Shown here in pieces: positions 31,279 through 40,350 of a stretch of DNA of 64,000 bases (positions are counted from its first letter, which is position 1; every line of letters begins with the position of its first letter). The notes beneath the pieces are model-generated. The model saw only the letters and a list, made by a program, of their open reading frames with translations, was not told the origin of the DNA and did not search any database. Position numbers and translations under genes: made by a program. Origin of the DNA: a virus (Duplodnaviria; Caudoviricetes); the IMG/VR virus record IMGVR_UViG_3300032225_002102, positions 65,292-129,291 of that record; one strand, 5' to 3'.

Positions 31279-33084
31279 TTACATCGAACTATCTGTTAAT
31301 CTTCTCCATTCTGTTCCATTATAATGACACATTTGATTAATTGTATTATTATAAACCTGCATACCTTTTGTAGGAGATGGAATAGCTAAAACTTGAGCTT
31401 GTGTCATTACAGGAGCAGGAATAGAAGCTTTATTTGTACCTCCAACAGTAAATAAAGAGTTAGCATTAGGAGTTAAAGTTCCAATTGCAAAATTACCTGT
31501 TGAATCAACTATAAATCTTACTGTTCCTGTTCCTGTAGATACAAAAATTGAATCACTTATTGTTTCATATCCTGTACCAGAAAATCCACCAATATAAATA
31601 TTATTTTGTCCTGTAGTTAAACTTTGTCCTGCTTGAAATCCTATAGCAACATTATTTTGAGCAGTAGTTATTGCATTTAAAGCAAAAGAACCTATTGCTG
31701 TATTATTAGTAGCAGTAGTTCCAAATTCAATTGTTTTATATCCTATTCCTGTATTTGAAGTACCACTTGAAATTATTTTTAAACTGTTTTTACCAATAGC
31801 TATATTTTTTGTACCAGTTGTAATACCAGTTAAACTACTTTCTCCTAAATAAGTATTTTCAAGTGTACTACTACCCCCAACTTTTACTACTGTATTTACA
31901 AGTAAATTACCTGTAATTGTACCACCACTAGTAGGTAAATATGTTGTAGTATCACTTGTTACATTTCCACTTAAATCAACTTTTAATAATCCTGATACAG
32001 TATTATCTAAAGTTAATGCTCCTGTAATTTTTGCAGTACCTACAACATGAAGTTTTGCACTAGGAGATGCTGTTCCAATACCAACATTACCACTTGAAGT
32101 AGCAAAATTTGCTCCTAAAGTATTAGAAATTGTTGGTAAAGTTGCTGTACCTGTACTTGTAGGATTGTTAATTGTTAAGTAAGTAGTTGAAGCATTTGTA
32201 ATACTTAAATAAGTACTTGAAGCACTTGTAGTACTTAAATATGTACTATTATCATAACTTATAGTACTACCAGTTGCTTTTACAAATCCTGTACCATTTA
32301 ATTGAGATTGTTTTGTATCAAGAGCTGTTTGTGTAGCAGTACTTATGGGTTTATTAGAATCACTTGTGTTATCTACTGATGATAATCCTACCATTGATTT
32401 ATCAATACCACTTACAGTTCCAGTGAAAGTTGGTGATGCAATATTTGCTTTTAAATTTAAAGCAGTTTGAGTTGCAGATGAGACTGGTTTATTTACATCA
32501 CTTGTATTATCTATATTTCCTAATCCAACTTTAGATTTATTTAGAGTAAAATCTCCTAATTTTACCCAAGTACCACTAGATAAACTAATGTAAGTTAAAT
32601 TATTTAAAACTGTAAGATTTGATTTTTGATAAACTGTACCATTTGTAGTATCAAAATAAATATCTCCAATATTAGCACCTGAAGATATAATATCTGTTAT
32701 ATCTCCTGCTCCTGTAAAATGTCTTACTCTACCTAATGAACTTAAATTTATTGTTACACCTGTACCTATAATAGCATTTGTTCCTCCTATTATAGTTAAA
32801 TCATTTGATGTAATATTTCCTTTTGATAATAAATTTTCTTTCAGATTTAGTGCAATTTGTGTTGCATTAGATACAGGTTTATTAAAATCTGATGTATTGT
32901 CTATAGCAGATAATCCCACATCTGTTTTACTTAATAAATTATATGTTGGATTACCATTAAGAACCTTTATTACAGAACCTTCTACACCTGGTAGCATATA
33001 ACTCAACTCTTTATAAGCATCTGTTTTTGCTATGCTATAAGGAGTAGTAGATTTCTTTAAATTCTTTTTTAAATCTAATCTCAT
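31279..33084 (-). CDS. Tail fibre/adhesin-like virion protein
   Basis: Three DNTSD..KP.S.ATQ.AL repeats, GNVGIGT, YadA-head-like N.AIG repeats, C-terminal P.MT..Q..AI..P..G..VY. Confidence 0.75.
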   Translation of the reverse strand: MRLDLKKNLKKSTTPYSIAKTDAYKELSYMLPGVEGSVIKVLNGNPTYNLLSKTDVGLSAIDNTSDFNKPVSNATQIALNLKENLLSKGNITSNDLTIIGGTNAIIGTGVTINLSSLGRVRHFTGAGDITDIISSGANIGDIYFDTTNGTVYQKSNLTVLNNLTYISLSSGTWVKLGDFTLNKSKVGLGNIDNTSDVNKPVSSATQTALNLKANIASPTFTGTVSGIDKSMVGLSSVDNTSDSNKPISTATQTALDTKQSQLNGTGFVKATGSTISYDNSTYLSTTSASSTYLSITNASTTYLTINNPTSTGTATLPTISNTLGANFATSSGNVGIGTASPSAKLHVVGTAKITGALTLDNTVSGLLKVDLSGNVTSDTTTYLPTSGGTITGNLLVNTVVKVGGSSTLENTYLGESSLTGITTGTKNIAIGKNSLKIISSGTSNTGIGYKTIEFGTTATNNTAIGSFALNAITTAQNNVAIGFQAGQSLTTGQNNIYIGGFSGTGYETISDSIFVSTGTGTVRFIVDSTGNFAIGTLTPNANSLFTVGGTNKASIPAPVMTQAQVLAIPSPTKGMQVYNNTINQMCHYNGTEWRRLTDSSM

Positions 33085-33089
33085 TTTTT

Positions 33090-33473
33090 TTATAATTTAT
33101 AATATTTTATTACTATTTCTGTATTACCTTCTTGATTTCCAGATACCGTAAAATTATCCATAAATGTAACTATAGAATTTTGAATGGTATATTCTGTTGG
33201 TTTTAATAATAAACCATTAAAATGCACTTCTACATCAAAATTATTATTTATTGTATTTGATAAAGTTACAGTATTTCCTGTACTTAATGAAAAACTATCA
33301 GTTACTAATACTCCTAGTTTTAAAGCACTATTAGGCATTAACACACTTCCTGTTGAATCTCCTACTGTAATAGTAAGAACTCCATTTACATATCTTCCAC
33401 TTACAGCAGTATTACAAGAACTACAATTACATTGTTGAGTACCTTTATTACATTTTACCATCTTGTTATACAA
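33090..33473 (-). CDS. Small beta-sandwich virion/tail accessory protein
   Basis: VHFNGLLL...EYT motif; Cys-rich N-terminus. Confidence 0.5.
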   Translation of the reverse strand: MYNKMVKCNKGTQQCNCSSCNTAVSGRYVNGVLTITVGDSTGSVLMPNSALKLGVLVTDSFSLSTGNTVTLSNTINNNFDVEVHFNGLLLKPTEYTIQNSIVTFMDNFTVSGNQEGNTEIVIKYYKL

Positions 33474-33546
33474 TTAACTTTATATAATTTATCTTTTAAT
33501 ACTACCCTACTTTGCTTTCTTTTTTTTTAGTAATATCAAATTCGTT

Positions 33547-33996
33547 TTATAATTTTGATATTAAAGATTCTAATTCTTTTCTTAATAAATAACCTATTAC
33601 TACTCCTATTCCAGCAAATAATAAAGGCTTCTTTTTTTGTTTTATTTTAAATTGTTTATAGTTTAAAATTTGTTTATTTTTTATTTCTATTTGAGAATAC
33701 AAATTTATAAATAATAAACTATCTTTGTTTTTAAGATTTTTGTATGAATTTAGTTGTTTTCTTGCAATCGAATCTGAATAATTGCATACTTGTAAATCTT
33801 TTAATGTAATCATATAAAGGGAATCACAAATACGTAATGCTTCTATTTCTTTATTTTTTGTTAAGATATTTTGTGACCAACATTGAATCTGAAAGATACT
33901 TAGTATCATTATCATTAATAATACCTTTTTCTTTAAATTTCTTTTTAATGATTTCATTTTTATCTTTTTTGTAATTTTGATAATTAACTTCTTCAA
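33547..33996 (-). CDS. Putative spanin-like membrane protein (likely start at MKSL)
   Basis: Signal-like N-terminus with QC, C-terminal TM segment, overlaps 33851-34213, downstream of endolysin. Confidence 0.45.
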   Translation of the reverse strand: MKKLIIKITKKIKMKSLKRNLKKKVLLMIMILSIFQIQCWSQNILTKNKEIEALRICDSLYMITLKDLQVCNYSDSIARKQLNSYKNLKNKDSLLFINLYSQIEIKNKQILNYKQFKIKQKKKPLLFAGIGVVIGYLLRKELESLISKL

Positions 33997-34213
33997 TAAT
34001 ATTACTTTGTTCTTTTATTTCGGATTCAATTTGAGTTTTTTCTTCTGTTAATTCAATTTCTTTTTTATGTAATACTAAACCTTTTTTTTCAAGTTCAGAA
34101 TTTATAATGTAAGTTTTAAATTGATTCCAATAATCTAAAATACCATTTACTGAAAGAATTAATACTAAAATTCCTATTATAATAAGATATGGTTTTTTCT
34201 TTATTGTTTCCAT
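33851..34213 (-). CDS. Putative i-spanin-like protein
   Basis: N-terminal TM plus coiled coil, directly after endolysin. Confidence 0.5.
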   Translation of the reverse strand: METIKKKPYLIIIGILVLILSVNGILDYWNQFKTYIINSELEKKGLVLHKKEIELTEEKTQIESEIKEQSNIIEEVNYQNYKKDKNEIIKKKFKEKGIINDNDTKYLSDSMLVTKYLNKK

Positions 34214-34770
34214 GATTTTAACATTTTTTTAACTAAATTATATTTTTTTAATCTATCTTCCATTCCATTTATTTTATGTGGAGATTCTAATTCTTGTATT
34301 CTTCCAGTATTTATAATACTACATACATTTGTAAAATCTCCAACATCTGCATATTTTTCTAAATTATTTTTTTCCCAATAAAAACAAGCTGATAATACTG
34401 CAAATTCAGGTTCAAGTAATTTTTTAGGATTTTTTACAAAATCTATGTTATATCCTAATTTTTTAGTCCATTGTGTAAATAAAGTGAAATTACTTTTTCC
34501 TGTAAGTTGAAAAATTCCCATACCTTTGTACTTTAAACCATCTCCTTTTTCAGTATTTCCTAAATCTTTACGAAATTCATATTGAACCCCCGAAGCAATT
34601 TCTTCCTTATAATATAAATTAGCTGTTTCATGTAAAACATTTGCTAAAAAACATAATAATCTATTTACAGTATTGATTTTAAATTGCTCTAAAAATTTAT
34701 TAAAGTACGGTATATACTCATCTCTATTTTTAATTCCTAATTTTTGAAAATCATCTTTATTAAATTCCAT
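34201..34770 (-). CDS. Glycoside hydrolase family 19 endolysin
   Basis: FLANVLHET, EEIASG..YE.R.DLGN, GDG.KYKG.G.FQLTGKSN, IN.G. Confidence 0.9.
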   Translation of the reverse strand: MEFNKDDFQKLGIKNRDEYIPYFNKFLEQFKINTVNRLLCFLANVLHETANLYYKEEIASGVQYEFRKDLGNTEKGDGLKYKGMGIFQLTGKSNFTLFTQWTKKLGYNIDFVKNPKKLLEPEFAVLSACFYWEKNNLEKYADVGDFTNVCSIINTGRIQELESPHKINGMEDRLKKYNLVKKMLKSWKQ

Positions 34771-35653
34771 TTTCTTTATAATTATATAAAAATATAAAAT
34801 CTGTGTTATTAGGAGTTACATTTCTTAATCTATTACTTAAACTTCCTTTATCCATATTTATATATTTTGCTGCTTCTTTTACAGTATTAAATATTTCTTT
34901 TGTTTTAATATTTATAACAGCTTTATTTGAATATTTTTTATTCATTTTTAATATTGACTGTTTTCTTTTTTCTAAATCATTATAATTTTCAAGAAACATT
35001 AATTTAGAAGGATTATAAGTTTCAAGTGATAATATTCTATTTAATTCTCTTCTACTTTTATTTAAATTTATAATAGAATTATTTGCTGTTTTGACATCTT
35101 TAAATACTTCTAAAGTTTCTATATTAATAACTTGTTTAGCATTAGGATGAAATATATTTAATCTTTCTTTAGCTTTTTCAGAAATTAATTTTTTAGTATG
35201 TTCTTTAAAAATTCTTTTACTTTTTAATTTCTTTTTTAAATTTTGTTTTTCAATTTTTAAATTTTTACTTATTTCATTTAATTTACATAAAACACTTTCT
35301 CCATTTTTATATTTTTCTTGATGAGTTTTTCTATTTTTTTCAATAGATTCAATAGAAGGAATTGCTTTTTTATCTTTTGTACTTACTAATATACAATTTA
35401 ACCCACTTTTTCCTATAACATTATAATACTCTTGCCAATATCTTTCACGTTCATTTAGTAAATTAATTTCACATTCTTCAAATATTTCAAATACATGATT
35501 TTCAATTCCATATTTTAAAATTGAATGACTTAATCTAACTTGTTTACCTAAATGATTAGCTTTATATTGTTTAAATCTTTTTTCAATATTAATAGATTGT
35601 CCAATATAAATTTTATTCGTAGGTGATGTAATTTTATAAATTCCACAAATCAT
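34760..35653 (-). CDS. GIY-YIG homing endonuclease inserted in the lysis cassette
   Basis: GIYKITSP..IYIGQS..R; NUMOD repeats; C-terminal FNTVKEAA HTH. Confidence 0.9.
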   Translation of the reverse strand: MICGIYKITSPTNKIYIGQSINIEKRFKQYKANHLGKQVRLSHSILKYGIENHVFEIFEECEINLLNERERYWQEYYNVIGKSGLNCILVSTKDKKAIPSIESIEKNRKTHQEKYKNGESVLCKLNEISKNLKIEKQNLKKKLKSKRIFKEHTKKLISEKAKERLNIFHPNAKQVINIETLEVFKDVKTANNSIINLNKSRRELNRILSLETYNPSKLMFLENYNDLEKRKQSILKMNKKYSNKAVINIKTKEIFNTVKEAAKYINMDKGSLSNRLRNVTPNNTDFIFLYNYKENGI

Positions 35654-35668
35654 ATTATATTTTTATTT

Positions 35669-35676
35669 CAAATATA
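35669..35676 (-). promoter_or_regulatory. Bacteroidota -7 promoter element (TATATTTG) for the GIY-YIG gene
   Basis: CAAATATA on the + strand, 15 nt before the ATG. Confidence 0.6.
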
Positions 35677-35699
35677 CAAAAAAATTTGTAAATTTCATA

Positions 35700-36315
35700 T
35701 CATTGCTTTATTGAATCTTTTATACTTATAATTTCATTTTTAAGTGTTATTAGAACAACATATTTTTTTTCTAAAGAATCTATAGATTTTAAAATATGTT
35801 TATCTCTTGAACACAATATAGACTTATCTAAATGTAAATTATAAGTATGAAGTTTAGGTACTTCTTTCTTCACTTGTCCTTTCGGATTTGAAGAAGAAGT
35901 ACCTAAAGTAAATACAAATAAACCAAATAAAATTTTAGTGAGTGTTTTCATCCTTAATTTCTTTTAAATCATTAATACCACTATTTACTTTTCTTTGTAG
36001 AGTTTGAATTTTCTTTTCAAAAAAATGATAAACAGAATCTCGCTCTTCATTGCTTTCAACATAAAATTTATTTAACTGTTCTTGTTGAATTTTACGATTA
36101 TTATCTAATTGAATTAAATAATCATTTTGTGCTTTAACTAATACTTCATCACAATTTTTTTTACTATTTTTTATTTGTTCTTTTAAATCTTGATTATCAG
36201 AATAAAGATAACCATTAATACTAACAAACAATATAATTGAAATGAAAAGATTCCTTTTTGCAGGTTCTAAATTAATTAGATCTTTTAAATCGGCAATAAG
36301 TTGTGTAAAATTCAT
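35700..36315 (-). CDS. Two membrane/secreted proteins of the lysis cassette (35935-36315 holin-like; 35700-35951 signal peptide)
   Basis: TM plus coiled coil; upstream of endolysin. Confidence 0.45.
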
Positions 36316-36345
36316 ATTTATAGTGGTTTAGTTAAAATTTAAGAG

Positions 36346-36516
36346 TTAATCTTTTTCTTCTAACTTCTCCTGTTTAATTTCTTCGGATTCTTTTTGTTCA
36401 ATTTCTTTAACAACTTCTTGTAATTGTAATTGAATTTTTTGAACAAATAATTGATGTTGTTCCATCAATTTAATTAAATCAAATGCTTTTGCTTTAAGTT
36501 CTGCTAATTGCTCCAT
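36346..36516 (-). CDS. 56-aa coiled-coil protein (not in ORF track)
   Basis: MEQLAELKAKAFDLIK...EEKD. Confidence 0.6.
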   Translation of the reverse strand: MEQLAELKAKAFDLIKLMEQHQLFVQKIQLQLQEVVKEIEQKESEEIKQEKLEEKD

Positions 36517-36546
36517 TGTATTATTGTTTTATATTAAAAAATTTGT

Positions 36547-37372
36547 TTACGAATTAATAACTGGTTCTGGTTCTACATCAATAAATTCATTTAAAACCAC
36601 TTCATCAACTTCTAAAACTAATGTTGATAATGACCCTCTAAATGTAAATTTACTTAAAGCTAAATTAACTAAATCAATATTAGCTTTAATTCTTTCATAG
36701 GTAAAAAATAAAGGAAGTAAATCTACTGGTATTGGTAAATTTTCAGCAGGTAATAAACTTCTTTCAATCATTATCCTTGTAGGATGAAATTCATTCGGTT
36801 CTAAAAATTCTCTATTTACAACACTATATACAGTTTGAATACAATCTGTATTTGTAATTTCACCTGTTTGTAAATCTTGAAAAGGAGATTTTAATCTTCC
36901 AAATTGATTTTGAAATACTAAAAAATTAGGAGAAGGTTTTAAATCTTCTGTTTGCTTAATTGGAATTGCTATAATACCAGCTTGTTGTAATTGTAACTTA
37001 TCTTCACTTGTCATATTCTATTGCTTTTAAACTATGGTTTTTATCTAAAAAATTTAATATAATTTCTACTACTATACCTATTTTACTTAATGTATTATCT
37101 ATTTTATTATAACCTATTATTTTACTAATTGTATCATCTTCATTTCCAAATAAATACTTACTATCTTTTGTAATTAAGGTAAAATTAAATAAATCTTTAC
37201 ATACTACATTTCCATATTGATCTATACTAATTGCAATTGTTCTAAATTGTAAATTTAAATTTTTAACTGCATCTTTAAAAGAGTTCTTATAAAAACTTTT
37301 AATAAAGGTAAAAATTATTCCTATTGGTGTTAAAATAAATGCTAAAAATAATGCTATTATATATAAAATCAT
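36547..37372 (-). CDS. Two tail-fibre-associated hypothetical proteins (36547-37014; 37004-37372 with N-terminal TM)
   Basis: The second has the ISIDQ.GN..FGN.D.TIS..G..LD.NH motif seen in phage late regions. Confidence 0.6.
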
Positions 37373-37438
37373 TATTTTTGTATTTTTATATTTTCAATTA
37401 TTAAATTTTATATACTGTTAAAATAATATTATTTTATC

Positions 37439-39850
37439 TTACCAAGTTGTTATTGCAGAGCGTTTCCAAGTATTAGTAGCCGTGCAGATGTAAATATAAC
37501 TTGCATCCACTCTTATTTCACCTAAAACTCCTGTTGCTGTTGCACTTGCAGGTGCTGTATTAAGTGCTGATAATTTAAATTGTGTTGCTTGTGATGTACC
37601 TTGCACATCTAACTTGTATCCTGCATCCGATGCAGAACTTCCAATTAATACATTTCCAGCTGTACTTACAGAAAGCCGTAATACTCCTGCTGTTTCATCA
37701 ACAATATTAAACTGTCCTGTACTACCATAATCACCTCTTGCACCTATACTAAATGAGCGAGTAGCATTAGATAAATAACATAATGCACCTGCTGTTGTAG
37801 TTGATGTTTGTATTAAAGCACCAACATATCCTGTACCAGCAATATTTAATTTTTGAGAAGGTGCTGTTGTTCCAATTCCTACATTTCCTTGAAAATATGA
37901 TTGTGCAGGTGAATCTATAAACAAAGCATAATTATTTGCTGCTGCTGTTATATTATAAACCCTTATACCATGATTAGTAGATGCCCCATCGGCATAAAAA
38001 TACCCTCCCATATTTATTGTGCCTCCAACTCCAACTGCGGTACCAGCTACTGCATAATTACTTCCAGTAGTTTTTGCATTTATACCTTGAAAAGCAATAT
38101 CATTTGTAGTTGAATATACATTTAATGATTGTGTACTTGGTACAGCACCTATTCCTACATTTCCATTAAATTGTGTAGTTCCTATTACTCTTGCTGTACC
38201 ATTTAAATCTAATTTATATCCTAAATCAGTTGTTGTTCCTATTCCTATATTTCCGCTTGAAAACATCATCATTTTTGAACTTCCATTTATTTGCCAATCA
38301 TAACCCCATGCACCAGACGTGCTAAACGTAGCATAAGGATAAGCAACTGAATATCTTCCGTAATTTCCTGCATAACCGCTTTGGTTATCTTTTGTATAAA
38401 TACTATTTGCATTAAATGACCCACTTACATCTAATTTATAAGCAGGTGCTGTTGTTCCAATTCCTACATTTCCATTTCCAAGCAAGCTCATTGCCGTAAC
38501 TCTTGTGCTTGAACCGTTTCCAATCTCAAAATTCATAGTTTGGTCAGTGGCTGTTCCAGACCAACTATTACTTATTGCATTTGTAAAAGTTGTCGGCACA
38601 TCAAAACGAGAAAATATAATGTTATTAAAACGATTAGCATAATTACTACTTGCAGAAGAAGTAGAAGATGTTTGTATAGTTCCAACCGTGTGTAAAATTG
38701 AAGATGGTGATGCTGTTCCTATTCCTACACTTCCACTGCTTGTAGCAAAGTTAGCACCCAAAGTATTTGCAATGGTTGGTGTAGTTAATGTTCCTGTTGC
38801 AGTAGGATTTGAAATAGGTAAGTAAGTTGATGCAGCAGTTGTGCTTGTTAGTTTTAAATCTAATGCCGTTTGTGTAGCTGTACTAATAGGTTTGGCTGCA
38901 TCAGTTGTATTATCAACTGACCCTAAACCAACCATACTTTTTGTAATACCTGAAATAGTTCCAGTAAAAGTTGGAGATGCTAAGGGTGCATAAATACTTG
39001 ATGCACTTGAAGTTGTTAAATATGTATTATTATCATAAGTTATTGTTGTACCTGATGCTTTTACAAAACCAGTACCATTTAATTGTATTTGTTTGGTATC
39101 TAATGCAGTTTGCATAGCTGTACTAACAGGTTTATTAGCATCGCTAGTATTATCTACATTCCCCAATCCAATAGCAGTTTTATCTAAAGTTTGAAATGTT
39201 TTATCACCTCGATAATACTGTGCAGTTGTACCTGCTGTAATAGTGTTTTCTTTAGCATTTAAAGCATTTTGTAAATCAGTTTGTGAACTTAGAGTACCTG
39301 CAATTAAACCCCATGATGTACCAGAAGAACTTGAAGCTGCTACCCATGTACGAACTCCAGATGTAGAACTACTTAAAATATAACCATTTACTGAAGGATT
39401 TCCTAAAGAATTTTCCTTATTATTTAATGCTGTTTGTGTAGCTGTTGATATAGGTTTTCCAGCATCTGATGTATTATCTACCAAAGATAATCCTATCATG
39501 CTTTTTGTAATTCCACTTACTGTTCCAGTAAATGTAGGATTATTTATAGGAGCATAAGTACTTGCAGCATTAGTTATTTTTAAATATTCAGTTAAAGCAG
39601 AACTTGTAATAAAAGAAACATCATTATTGAAATAACTTAAAGCTGTTGGAATATCCGTTATACCATAACCTGCAATTGTTGTAGGTTTTGATAATATTTG
39701 TGAAAAGCTAACACTTGATAAATATCCATTAGGATTACTTGCTAAATAAAAATTAGCAAAAGGTAATGTTATAGTATTTCCTTTAGTTATACTTAAATTA
39801 CTACCATTTAAACTTAATTCTTGAAAATCAAGATCATATCTTTGAGCCAT
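37439..39850 (-). CDS. Tail fibre / receptor-binding protein
   Basis: KPTTIAGYGITD, three VDNT.DA.KP.STA repeats, multiple G.VGIG modules, C-terminal G..GEIR.D..YIYICTATNTWKR. Confidence 0.8.
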   Translation of the reverse strand: MAQRYDLDFQELSLNGSNLSITKGNTITLPFANFYLASNPNGYLSSVSFSQILSKPTTIAGYGITDIPTALSYFNNDVSFITSSALTEYLKITNAASTYAPINNPTFTGTVSGITKSMIGLSLVDNTSDAGKPISTATQTALNNKENSLGNPSVNGYILSSSTSGVRTWVAASSSSGTSWGLIAGTLSSQTDLQNALNAKENTITAGTTAQYYRGDKTFQTLDKTAIGLGNVDNTSDANKPVSTAMQTALDTKQIQLNGTGFVKASGTTITYDNNTYLTTSSASSIYAPLASPTFTGTISGITKSMVGLGSVDNTTDAAKPISTATQTALDLKLTSTTAASTYLPISNPTATGTLTTPTIANTLGANFATSSGSVGIGTASPSSILHTVGTIQTSSTSSASSNYANRFNNIIFSRFDVPTTFTNAISNSWSGTATDQTMNFEIGNGSSTRVTAMSLLGNGNVGIGTTAPAYKLDVSGSFNANSIYTKDNQSGYAGNYGRYSVAYPYATFSTSGAWGYDWQINGSSKMMMFSSGNIGIGTTTDLGYKLDLNGTARVIGTTQFNGNVGIGAVPSTQSLNVYSTTNDIAFQGINAKTTGSNYAVAGTAVGVGGTINMGGYFYADGASTNHGIRVYNITAAANNYALFIDSPAQSYFQGNVGIGTTAPSQKLNIAGTGYVGALIQTSTTTAGALCYLSNATRSFSIGARGDYGSTGQFNIVDETAGVLRLSVSTAGNVLIGSSASDAGYKLDVQGTSQATQFKLSALNTAPASATATGVLGEIRVDASYIYICTATNTWKRSAITTW

Positions 39851-40236
39851 TATTTTATTGTTTTAATTGCTACTTTAGTTCCTATACTCAATCCAGTAAT
39901 AGTAATTGAATTTGTTAAAAAGGTAGTAGCAGTATAATCTGCTGAATAACCTTGTGGAGCAGAAGTTAATAATGTAGTTCCTACAGTAATATTTGCTGTA
40001 CCAAATATCACAACATAACTAACATAATGATATGTGTTTGCTGGAAGAGTTATTGTACCAGTATCAGAAACAACAAATAATTCGTTAACATTATAATTAA
40101 CAGTAGTTGCATCTACTTTACTTTTTAATGAATTTAATTGTGTAGAGATTGCACATAGTGCTTCTTTAGTTTTGCGTGTATTTTCTGCAAGTTCATTTTG
40201 AAACCGTTGTAAACCATCGTAACTGTTCATAACCAA
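39850..40236 (-). CDS. Small tail accessory protein
   Basis: Coiled coil plus beta-rich domain, coupled to the fibre gene. Confidence 0.5.
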   Translation of the reverse strand: MVMNSYDGLQRFQNELAENTRKTKEALCAISTQLNSLKSKVDATTVNYNVNELFVVSDTGTITLPANTYHYVSYVVIFGTANITVGTTLLTSAPQGYSADYTATTFLTNSITITGLSIGTKVAIKTIK

Positions 40237-40271
40237 TTTATATTTAAATTCGAGAATATTCTCCTAATAAC

Positions 40272-40330
40272 CAAAGTTATATAATAAAAAAATAAGGAAA
40301 AATAAATATCTTGAAATAAATATTTTTCCC
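40272..40330 (-). terminator. Terminator after the cargo operon, followed by a TAACTTTG -7 element
   Basis: Minus strand GGGAAAAATA...TATTTTTCCTTATTTTTTT; CAAAGTTA at 40272-79. Confidence 0.55.
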
Positions 40331-40350
40331 TATATAGCATTTATTGTTAA

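Noticed and set aside
31279-39850. DGR or invertase-driven tail-fibre switching
   Set aside because: No reverse transcriptase or recombinase, no adenine-specific TR/VR pair and no inverted cassettes seen
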